A DNA stretch of 64,000 nt, taken from the NCBI GenBank assembly GCA_043757045.1, contig JAYVQC010000097.1, forward strand, positions 365-64,364, read 5' to 3'. Source of the DNA: Akkermansia sp. Lineage in GTDB: Bacteria > Verrucomicrobiota > Verrucomicrobiia > Limisphaerales > SIBH01. The notes beneath the pieces are model-generated. The model worked only from the letters and a program-made list of their open reading frames with translations. It was not told where the DNA came from and made no database searches. Shown here one piece after another: positions 26,756 through 34,938 of the stretch; position 1 is the stretch's first letter; every line of letters begins with the position of its first letter. Made by a program: the position numbers and the translations under genes.

Positions 26756-28219
26756 TCAAAACTGGAAGTAGATGAACTGCCCCGAGCCGTGGGTGCCGGC
26801 GTAAAGAATGGCGATGGCGATGGTGAAATACACCGCCCAGCGCGCCGCACGCGGCCAGTGCGCGAGACTCAGCGGATGCGGCTGGCGGCGTTGCAGCCAC
26901 TCGACCGCGAACAACGCGGCCACGGCGATGAAGATGAGATTCCCCGCCGGTTGCGCGGTCACGCGGGCCAGGCCGAGGAAGTACGTTTCCAGATTCGCCA
27001 CGTCCGCCGCGAGGCGTTGCAGAATCACCAGCGCGTCCGCGAACGAATGCGCGCGGAAGAAAATCCAGCCGAGGCAGACAATCGAAAAGGTGAGCAGCAT
27101 CCGTCCAAGGGTCTTGAGCGAAGGAAGGATTGATTCTCCACCCGCTACATCACCCACACCACGGGTGGCGCGGTTGGAGGACAAAGTTTCCGGCAAGACC
27201 GCCAGCCCGTTGATCGCGCCCCAAGCCACGAAGTTCCACGACGCGCCGTGCCAGATGCCGCTGAGGAGAAAGGTGACGAGCACATTGAACACACGCCGGG
27301 GCTTCGAGACACGGCTGCCGCCGAGCGGAAGATACACGTAGTCTTTGAACCAGGTGGTGAGCGAGATGTGCCAGCGCCGCCAGAACTCGCCGAGGCTTTG
27401 CGAGAAGTAGGGGTTGGCAAAGTTCCGCATCAGCTCGAAGCCGAAGAGTTTCGCGAGGCCGATGGCGATGTCTGAGTAGGCGCTGAAGTCACAGTAGATT
27501 TGCACCGCGAAGAGCACCGTCGCCACGGCCAGTTCGCCGCCGGTCACTTCGGCGGGTTTCAGGAACACGGCGTCCACGACCGGCGCGAGATTGTCGGCCA
27601 CGACCATTTTCTTGAAGAAGCCCCAGAGCATCTGGCGGCAGCCGTCCACGGCCTGCGCGTGGTTGAAAACGCGCGCGCGAAAAAACTGCGGCAGCAAATG
27701 CGTGGCGCGCTCGATGGGTCCGGCGACGAGCTGCGGGAAGAAGGAGACGTAGGCGAGATACTCGACGAGATGCGGCGTGGCGCGCAATTGACGGCGGTAG
27801 ATGTCAATCGAGTAGCTCATGGTCTGGAACGTGTAGAAGCTGATGCCCACGGGGAGCACGACCTTCAGCGTGGGCATGTCCATCGTCCAGCCGACCGAGG
27901 CGGCGGCGGCCTGCAAGCTCTCGGCGAAGAAGTTGAAGTATTTGAAGTAAGCGAGCAGGCCAATATTCGCGGTGAGTCCGAGAGCGAGCAGAATTTTTCT
28001 CCGGCGCGGCGCGGCCGTCTTTTCCAGGCCGAGTCCCACGCCGAAGTCGAGCAGGCTGGCCGCGAGCATCAGTCCGCAGAAACGCCAGTCCCACCAGCCG
28101 TAGAAAATGTAACTGGCGACGACGATGAGGACGTTTTGCGCGCGTCTTTGACGCAGCGCCCAGTAGAGCGGGAAAAAGAGCGCGAGGAAGATCAGGAAAG
28201 TGAGCGTGGTGAACGTCAT
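26756..28219 (-). CDS. MBOAT family O-acyltransferase (AlgI/DltB-like)
   Basis: 487 aa, multi-TM, with FWRRWHISLTTWFKDYVYLPLGGSR and the conserved His in SGIWHGASWNF. Confidence 0.9.
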   Translation of the reverse strand: MTFTTLTFLIFLALFFPLYWALRQRRAQNVLIVVASYIFYGWWDWRFCGLMLAASLLDFGVGLGLEKTAAPRRRKILLALGLTANIGLLAYFKYFNFFAESLQAAAASVGWTMDMPTLKVVLPVGISFYTFQTMSYSIDIYRRQLRATPHLVEYLAYVSFFPQLVAGPIERATHLLPQFFRARVFNHAQAVDGCRQMLWGFFKKMVVADNLAPVVDAVFLKPAEVTGGELAVATVLFAVQIYCDFSAYSDIAIGLAKLFGFELMRNFANPYFSQSLGEFWRRWHISLTTWFKDYVYLPLGGSRVSKPRRVFNVLVTFLLSGIWHGASWNFVAWGAINGLAVLPETLSSNRATRGVGDVAGGESILPSLKTLGRMLLTFSIVCLGWIFFRAHSFADALVILQRLAADVANLETYFLGLARVTAQPAGNLIFIAVAALFAVEWLQRRQPHPLSLAHWPRAARWAVYFTIAIAILYAGTHGSGQFIYFQF

Positions 28220-28302
28220 GCGCTGGCGTGAGGCTCAGGGAAAGCGCGGCGCGCAGGCAAGGAGCTTTCCCGAAACCCGAACGGCGGGGCACCGCCGCCG
28301 CC

Positions 28303-28475
28303 CTGTAACGCCGGCTTTCCAGCCGGCAACGTAATTAGGATTTCAGCCTCGTGGCCCTCCCTTTATTTTTACAGGGGCGGATTCTCGCGCGGCGGGCTTT
28401 GAACAGGAGGATCGAAAGCCTCCCGACCTGCCGGCTGGAAAGCCGGCGTTACGGGACGACGGCAACCTGCCGGGC
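28303..28475. repeat. Two inverted copies of the CTGCCGGCTGGAAAGCCGGCGTTAC element
   Basis: ctgtaacgccggctttccagccggcaacg (28303-28331) lies in inverted orientation to gacctgccggctggaaagccggcgttacggg (28425-28455). tttcagcctcgtg matches the flank of the 13461 copy. Confidence 0.75.
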
Positions 28476-28565
28476 GGGCTTCTGGATTTTCTGCCGAAAA
28501 AAAGAGTGCATCCAAAAAAGGTTTCGGCTCGTATGCATTACCAAACCAAACGCAGGTCTAACTCT

Positions 28566-31500
28566 ATGAAAACAAACAAAGTGCTTCTGGCTGCCCTAAT
28601 CGGAGGAATGGTATTCGGCTCGACCGCCCTCTCGCACGCCCAGTCCCTCATCTACGGTCTCACGTCCACCAACTCACTGGTGGCCTTCAGTAGCTCCGGC
28701 TCCGTCGCCAATGGCCCCATCATCACCGGCGTCGGCGTCGGCGAAGAGGTAGTGGGCATTGATTTCCGCCCCTTCACCGGCGAACTCTACGCGCTCACCG
28801 GCGACCTGGGCGGCACGGGCCGTCTCTACACCGTGAACCCTGTTTCCGGGGCGGCCTCGGCGCTCACCCTTGTCGGCACGCTCACTAACATCACGGCGCG
28901 GGCCGGCGTGGACTTCAATCCCGTGGCCGTGGCCGGCGTGAACGCGCTGCGCATCTTGACTCACGAGCGGGACAATTACCGCCTCACCTTTGCCGGCACG
29001 ACCGCCACGGTGAATTACGACGGCAAATTGAACACCACGAACGTCGTGGTCAGCACGAACGCCATCGCGTGCGCCTACCTCAACAACCGTGGCGGCCTGC
29101 CCGGCGCGGGCGGCGCGGGCGGTACCACGCTCTACGTCATTGATGCCGACACCGACTCGCTCTACGTCCAGAACCCGCCGAACAACGGCACGCTCGTGGA
29201 CGCCAAGCCCCTCGGCGTGAATGCGGGATCCGCGGGCGGCTTCGACATAGACACGCTGAACAACAAAGCCTACGCGGTGCTGGAAGTGGGCACGGTCGGT
29301 CTTTACGAAATCAGTCTCGCGACCGGCGCGGCCACGCTCGTGCGCGCGTTGCCGAACAACATTATTGACCTCGCCATCACGCTGCCGGTCTCGCTGCCAC
29401 CGACGCTGGTCTATGGACTCACGACCACGAACACGCTGCTGCCTTTCACCACGGACTCGACGAACGTGGGCGCGGTGCTGCCGGTCACGGGACTGGGCGG
29501 TGGCGAAACCATCGTGGGCATTGATTTCCGTCCCTTCAACGGCCTGCTCTACGCCGTGACGCGCGACGCGGCCAATGCGGGCCGTGTTTACACCGTGGAC
29601 CCCATCACTGGCGCGGCCACGGCGCTCACGCTCGCGGGCGTGCCGCTCACGCTCACGAACAGCGTGGGCCTGGACTTCAACCCCGTCGCGGTGTCCGGCG
29701 CGAACGCGTTGCGCATCGTGACCGGTGCGGATCAAAATTTCCGTCTCACGTTCAGCGGTTCGACCGCCACGGTGATCGCGGACCTTGCGATCAATCCCGG
29801 CAGCGCCGACTTGATGGCGGCGGGCTATGTGAACAACCGCGGCGGTCTTCCCGGCGCGGGCGGCGTGGGCGGCACCACGCTCTACGTCGTGGATTCCGTC
29901 TCCGACACCCTCTTCATCCAGAACCCGCCCAACAACGGCACGCTCGCCACGCCCAAGCCGCTCGTGCATGACGTGGATGCGTCCGGCGGTCTGGACATCC
30001 TCACCACCACGAACCGCGCGCTGGCCCTGTTCGGCATCAGTGGCACGAACGGTTTGTATGAAGTCGATCTCGCGAACGGCTTCGCGAACTTTATCCGCCC
30101 GCTGCCCTCATCGCTGGTAGATCTGGCGGTGCCGATTCCCGCGCGCATCACCACTCTGAGCAATTTCCCCGGCACGAACGTCTTGCTCGTCTTTGGCGGC
30201 GGCGTCGGTCCCTTCAACGTCCAGAAGGCGAACGTGGTCAATGATCCTTTCTGCTCCATCACGACCGTGGCCTCCGGCCCCGTGACCTTGGGCAAGGACG
30301 GCCCGCAAGGTTTCTACCGCGTGCGCGATCTGGCGAACGCGAGCATCACGCGCTTCACTTCCAGCCTGAGCGGCCTCGCGAACGGCAACGGTTCGACCGG
30401 CTTCGGCCTCGCCACCGTGGACTTGAACGGCGACGTGCTGACCTACGACTTGGCTTACAGCGGCCTGACCGGCACGCCCACGGCGGCGCACGTCCATCTC
30501 CCGGCCCCGACGACGGGCGCTTCCGGCGTGGCCTTCGCCCTTACGCCCGTCGGCGGACTCGGCACCACCGGACGTTACGCCGCGAGTGTGACGCTGACGC
30601 TGGCGCAAAAGACCGCCGTGCTCGCGGGCCTCGCGTACTTCAACCTCCATACGGCGGCGTTTGGCGGCGGAGAAATTCGCGGCCAGATCATGCCCGTGGC
30701 GCAGAAGGTCGTCCTGAGCGGCGTGGCGGAACGTCCGACCGGCAACACCTCGCCGGCCTTCGGCGTCGGCGCGCTGACCATCATCGGCAACGAACTCGCC
30801 TTCGACATCAACTATCAGGGCCTGACCGCCCCGGCCACGGCGGCGCACTTCCACGCGGCGTCGGACAGCGCGGGCACGGCGGGCGTGATCATTAACTTGA
30901 GCAGCGGCTTCGGCACGTTGGGCCGGTCCGGCACACTCGCGGGCCGCGTCACGCTCACCCCCGCGCAATACCTCGCGTTCGCGGACGGCCAGGTCTATGT
31001 GAACATCCACAACGGAAATTTCCCCGGCGGCGAAATTCGCGGCCAGGTTGCGCCTTACATCGGCGAGTTGCCCTTCTCGGCGGACCTCACGGGCGCGGCG
31101 GAGAAACCTTCGGCGGTGAGCACGTCCGGCTCGGGTTTCGTGGAAGCGGCGCTTGTGGGCAACACCCTCTCCTTCACCCTCGCGTATCGCAGCCTGACCA
31201 GCGCGATCACGGCGGCGCACCTTCACGGGCCGGCCACGTCGTCGGCCAGCGCGGCGGTGCTCATTGATCTGCTGCCTTACCATCGCGGCACTTACTCGAC
31301 GCAGGGCGTGTTCAGCGGCTCGGTCGCGCTGGCCCCGGCGATGGTCAATGCGCTGTTGAACGGCGACCTCTACCTGAACCTGCACACGGCGGTGAACCCC
31401 GGCGGCGAAATTCGCGGCCAGCTCGCGCCGATGGTTCTCCCCGTCACGATGAACGGGGCGAACGAACGCCCGACGCCCGTGGTCACTCCCGCCACCGCCT

Positions 31501-31796
31501 ACGGCTACGTGGGCGTGGTCGGCCGACAGGTTTCGCTCGGGCTGCACTATCGCGACCTGAGCGGCGCGGCGACGGCGGCGCATTACCACGCCCCGGCGGA
31601 TGCCAACGGCACGGCAGGGGTGATCATCAACCTCGGTGCCTACGCGGTCGGCGGCTTCAGCAGTTGGGGCTTCCTGCTTGGCAGCCAGGGCGTGACCGAC
31701 GCGCAGGTGGCAAATTTCGTGGACGGCCTCGTCTATGTGAACATCCACACGGCCGCGAATGGCGGCGGTGAAATTCGCGGCCAGGTGCTGCCGTAG
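28566..31796 (+). CDS. Large secreted protein: 2 x DUF4394-like beta-propeller modules + 4 x CHRD domains
   Basis: Start trimmed to ATG 28566 (signal peptide MKTNKVLLAALIGGMVFGSTALSHAQ). There are two homologous modules (SLIYGLTSTNSLVAF...GIDFRPFTGELYAL and TLVYGLTTTNTLLPF...GIDFRPFNGLLYAV). Four CHRD repeats are each marked by AAH(V/F/L/Y)H... and ...GGEIRGQ(I/V/L). Confidence 0.8.
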   Translation: MKTNKVLLAALIGGMVFGSTALSHAQSLIYGLTSTNSLVAFSSSGSVANGPIITGVGVGEEVVGIDFRPFTGELYALTGDLGGTGRLYTVNPVSGAASALTLVGTLTNITARAGVDFNPVAVAGVNALRILTHERDNYRLTFAGTTATVNYDGKLNTTNVVVSTNAIACAYLNNRGGLPGAGGAGGTTLYVIDADTDSLYVQNPPNNGTLVDAKPLGVNAGSAGGFDIDTLNNKAYAVLEVGTVGLYEISLATGAATLVRALPNNIIDLAITLPVSLPPTLVYGLTTTNTLLPFTTDSTNVGAVLPVTGLGGGETIVGIDFRPFNGLLYAVTRDAANAGRVYTVDPITGAATALTLAGVPLTLTNSVGLDFNPVAVSGANALRIVTGADQNFRLTFSGSTATVIADLAINPGSADLMAAGYVNNRGGLPGAGGVGGTTLYVVDSVSDTLFIQNPPNNGTLATPKPLVHDVDASGGLDILTTTNRALALFGISGTNGLYEVDLANGFANFIRPLPSSLVDLAVPIPARITTLSNFPGTNVLLVFGGGVGPFNVQKANVVNDPFCSITTVASGPVTLGKDGPQGFYRVRDLANASITRFTSSLSGLANGNGSTGFGLATVDLNGDVLTYDLAYSGLTGTPTAAHVHLPAPTTGASGVAFALTPVGGLGTTGRYAASVTLTLAQKTAVLAGLAYFNLHTAAFGGGEIRGQIMPVAQKVVLSGVAERPTGNTSPAFGVGALTIIGNELAFDINYQGLTAPATAAHFHAASDSAGTAGVIINLSSGFGTLGRSGTLAGRVTLTPAQYLAFADGQVYVNIHNGNFPGGEIRGQVAPYIGELPFSADLTGAAEKPSAVSTSGSGFVEAALVGNTLSFTLAYRSLTSAITAAHLHGPATSSASAAVLIDLLPYHRGTYSTQGVFSGSVALAPAMVNALLNGDLYLNLHTAVNPGGEIRGQLAPMVLPVTMNGANERPTPVVTPATAYGYVGVVGRQVSLGLHYRDLSGAATAAHYHAPADANGTAGVIINLGAYAVGGFSSWGFLLGSQGVTDAQVANFVDGLVYVNIHTAANGGGEIRGQVLP

Positions 31797-31827
31797 TTCG
31801 CGCGCAAGAATCAAGTGGAGAGAGCAA

Positions 31828-31859
31828 GGCGCCGGTCGGCAACGACCGGCGCTTTTTTT
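31828..31859 (+). terminator. Rho-independent terminator after the DUF4394/CHRD gene
   Basis: ggcgccggtcg-gcaa-cgaccggcgc followed by ttttttt. Confidence 0.6.
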
Positions 31860-32048
31860 GGCGGGGGCGCGGGCGTCCCGCCCGCCGGGCGGTACGGAGA
31901 TTCATTGCGGTCGCCACGCCGAATCGGCAGGGCCGCCGTCGGTTCCATTCGGGCGGGCGAGACGCCCGCGCTCCAATCGGATCGGCTTCGTTCGCCATGG
32001 CGGCACTTGGAAGATGTGTCCGCAGGCATCCTTGCCTGCCACAGAGGC

Positions 32049-33047
32049 TTAAAACTTCCGCCCCGGAAACTCACGCGTCAGCGGCTGACGTGTCGGCCCT
32101 TGGGGCTGGTTGCCATAGCCGGGCGAAGCCCCTCCGTTCGCGGGCGTCGCGTTGTAACGCTTGTTCACGTCCTCGATGATCGGGCCGCGCAGACGATCCT
32201 GCTGGCGGTTGAATAACGTCGTGGGATCGCTGGCGCGCGGATCGTAGCCGCTCCCGCCCACCGTCGGCGTGGCGAGGCTGGAGGCCTTGGCCGCGGCGGC
32301 GTTGACCACGGGCTGGAGGGAATTGGGCGCACGGCCCGCCGCGCCGGCGTTCGGATTCAGCAACTGCTCGAAGTCGGTGCGCCGCTGCAACTGCGCGGGC
32401 GTAAGTTTTTCGGACGCGCGGTTCGCGTTGAATTCAAAGGGCGTGCTGGCGCGCATGCCCGGAGGACTGAAGTCCTCATCCTCCCGCTGCGCGTAAGACT
32501 GGCCGCCGGAACCGCCACGTCGCGCCTCTTTTCTTCCGTTCGCCGCATCACCTGGTTTCCAGTCGAGGTCGGTGACCGGAGCCAGACTGCGCGCTGGGTC
32601 GGAACGAAACGGCGAGTTCAGATCCTTCATGGACGACGAGCCGGGCCGGGACTTTTCCGTCGCGGTCTTGAACGGATGCTTCTCCGCCTCGCGCAGCGCC
32701 TCCTTGCGCGCTTTCTCCTCGTCGGGGTCGGTGAACATGGCCGGCGTGCGGAGCAACGGGTGCGTCCGCTCGCGCTCCAGGTCGCGCGGCTCGCTGCGCA
32801 TCATGGGCGGCGGCGTCCGGGGCGGAGGGCTGGCGGCGGGAGCGTCAAAATTTGGGTTCGAGAAGTCCAGCCCGCGCTCCCGCACTTCGGGCAAATCGCT
32901 CTCAGGTTTTGGCGGCGCGGCGAAGGCCACGGCGGGCTTGGAAAAACGTATCGCATCACCCGCTAGCGCCGCGCAGGCGAGCCCGACGCTCGTCAGCGTC
33001 GCCAGGACGCGGGCGTGACCAAAGGACTGTCGGCAAAAATTCATCAA
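32049..33047 (-). CDS. Hypothetical secreted Pro/Arg-rich protein
   Basis: 332-aa ORF with a signal-like N-terminus (VLATLTSVGLACAALAGDA) and a low-complexity Pro-rich body. No family recognised. Confidence 0.45.
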   Translation of the reverse strand: MMNFCRQSFGHARVLATLTSVGLACAALAGDAIRFSKPAVAFAAPPKPESDLPEVRERGLDFSNPNFDAPAASPPPRTPPPMMRSEPRDLERERTHPLLRTPAMFTDPDEEKARKEALREAEKHPFKTATEKSRPGSSSMKDLNSPFRSDPARSLAPVTDLDWKPGDAANGRKEARRGGSGGQSYAQREDEDFSPPGMRASTPFEFNANRASEKLTPAQLQRRTDFEQLLNPNAGAAGRAPNSLQPVVNAAAAKASSLATPTVGGSGYDPRASDPTTLFNRQQDRLRGPIIEDVNKRYNATPANGGASPGYGNQPQGPTRQPLTREFPGRKF

Positions 33048-33134
33048 TGAAAGCGGCGCACTATAATCTTGGCGGTTGCCCGGTCAAACGTGCAGTGAGT
33101 TGACCGCGCGGCGCGGGTTTACGTTCAAGCATGG

Positions 33135-33338
33135 CTGAGAGCCTGTCTGAAAATTCGGGATGGGTAGCACAGGCCACTGGCCTGTGCCGCCGGGCTACCA
33201 GCCCGGTGGAAGGGTGAGGGCCGCGCGGGCAAGCCAGGGGTAATTCGGACTAAGGATGCTCACTCTCATTCCGCTGGGCAGGTTGCCCAGCGGAACGGGC
33301 TGGTAGCCCGTTCCACCCTTTTTCAGACAGGCTCTGAG
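33135..33338. other. About 200-bp highly structured intergenic element (candidate ncRNA or composite repeat)
   Basis: Outer stem gagcctgtctgaaaa (33139-33153) pairs with tttttcagacaggctc (33319-33334). Internal hairpins are gcacaggcc-act-ggcctgtgc and ccgctgggca-gg-ttgcccagcgg. gggctaccagccc (33192) and gggctggtagccc (33297) are complementary. Confidence 0.3.
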
Positions 33339-33465
33339 AGTTGATCCACGAAAGACACGGCCGGACGGTCGCTTTAGCGCCGCTTTTTGAACCGGCCAAT
33401 AAAATGTTAATGCCCGCCGACAACTAAGCTTTGAACGCGCCGTCGCTTTCCACTCTCCTACGCCC

Positions 33466-34932
33466 GTGCTTGATTCCGTGAACCCAGAGACCGGCTCGTC
33501 GTCGGCTGATTTGCGCAAGGGCCGTCGCAAGAAATCCGCCCACGAGGCGCGCGCCGTCTCGTCCGTGGACCGGCTGCCGCCGCATTCCGTCGAGGCCGAG
33601 CAGGGCGTGCTGGGCTGCGTGTTTCTCATGCCGCACGAGTGCCTCGGCCTGTGCGTCGAGAAGTTTAAGCAGGGGCCGGATGTGTTTTACGACCTGCGGC
33701 ACAAGACCATCTACGAGTTACTCATCGAGATGTATGACCGCAAGGAGGCCATTGACGTCATCACCGTGCAGCAGCGGTTGAAGGACCGGCAGCAGCTCGA
33801 AGCCGTCGGCGGCATCGCCTACCTCGCCACCTTGCCGGACACCGTGCCGAGCGCGGCGAACCTTTCTTTCTACGTCAACATCGTCCGCGAGAAATACACG
33901 CTGCGGAGAATGATCGCCACCTGCACCGACGTGGTGGCGCGCGTGTACGAACACGAGGGCGAGGTGGACGCGCTGGTGGATGAAATCGAGACGGACATCC
34001 TCCGCCTGAGCGAAGAGCGCGTGGAAGTGCAGACGTTGCTGATCAAGGACGTGGTTCACAAAGCCATCAACCGCCTCGAAGAATACCATGCCAACCAAGG
34101 GATGCTCACCGGCCTCAGCACCGGCTTCCCCGACCTGGACAAGATGACCACCGGGATGCACGGCGGGGAAATGATCGTCATCGCCGCGCGCCCCTCGATG
34201 GGTAAGACCTCGCTGGCCATGAACATCGCCGAGGCGGTGGCCATTGATCAGAAGATGCCGGTGGGCGTCTTCTCGCTGGAAATGAGTTCGGAGTCGCTGG
34301 TGTTGCGCATGCTCTGCTCGCGCGCGCGGGTCAACCTGCGGAACATCCGCGAGGGCTTTTTCTCCGAGCGCGACTTCCCGAAAATCACCAGCGCCGCCGG
34401 CAAACTTGCCGCCGCGCCGCTCTACATTGATGACACGGCGGGCCTCTCCATCCTGCAATTGCGGGCCAAGGCGCGGCGCATGTGGCAGCAGTATGGCTGC
34501 AAGCTTTTCGTCATTGACTACCTCCAACTGCTTCACTCTACTGCGCGCCGAGCCGAGAATCGTCAGCAGGAAATCGCGGATATTTCCAACGGTGTGAAGG
34601 CCCTGGCCAAGGAACTCAACGTGCCCGTCATCGTGCTGGCGCAGTTGAATCGCGAGATCGAAAAGGAAAAAAACCGCAAGCCCCGCATGTCGGATTTGCG
34701 CGAATCGGGCGCGATTGAACAGGATGCGGACTTGATTGGTCTGCTCTACAAGCCGTCCTCCGGGGACGACGATGAGGGGCCGGGCGCCGAGCAGGAATCG
34801 GTGGCGGTGAACCTCCTGATCGCAAAGCAGCGCAACGGACCGACAGGCGACGTGAACCTCACGTTCCTGAAAACGTACACCCGGTTCGAGAGCGCCGCGA
34901 AGATCAGTGCTGACGACAGTTCGGCTGAATAG
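33466..34932 (+). CDS. dnaB: Replicative DNA helicase DnaB
   Basis: PPHSVEAEQGVLGCVF N-terminal motif, Walker A AARPSMGKTSLAMNIA, ...FVIDYLQLL... and ...LAQLNRE... GTG start. Confidence 0.95.
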   Translation: MLDSVNPETGSSSADLRKGRRKKSAHEARAVSSVDRLPPHSVEAEQGVLGCVFLMPHECLGLCVEKFKQGPDVFYDLRHKTIYELLIEMYDRKEAIDVITVQQRLKDRQQLEAVGGIAYLATLPDTVPSAANLSFYVNIVREKYTLRRMIATCTDVVARVYEHEGEVDALVDEIETDILRLSEERVEVQTLLIKDVVHKAINRLEEYHANQGMLTGLSTGFPDLDKMTTGMHGGEMIVIAARPSMGKTSLAMNIAEAVAIDQKMPVGVFSLEMSSESLVLRMLCSRARVNLRNIREGFFSERDFPKITSAAGKLAAAPLYIDDTAGLSILQLRAKARRMWQQYGCKLFVIDYLQLLHSTARRAENRQQEIADISNGVKALAKELNVPVIVLAQLNREIEKEKNRKPRMSDLRESGAIEQDADLIGLLYKPSSGDDDEGPGAEQESVAVNLLIAKQRNGPTGDVNLTFLKTYTRFESAAKISADDSSAE

Positions 34933-34938
34933 CTGTAG

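Noticed and set aside
31860-32050. GC-rich self-complementary segments (gcgggcgtcccgcccgcc, gcgggcgagacgcccgc, gcaggcatccttgcctgc), with similar ones at 37975-38140, considered as a distinct ncRNA.
   Set aside because: They look like further members of the dispersed hairpin repeats, sitting after a terminator and in intergenic space. No conserved RNA motif was recognised and copies differ too much to define a family by eye.
33135-33338. Assignment of the structured element as RNase P RNA, SRP RNA, tmRNA or a cobalamin/SAM riboswitch.
   Set aside because: Conserved cores are not present: no GGAAAGTCCGG for RNase P, no SRP domain IV GGAA-loop helix, no tmRNA tag/CCA end and no B12 box. The downstream gene (dnaB) is not a typical riboswitch target. 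Left as an unassigned structure.
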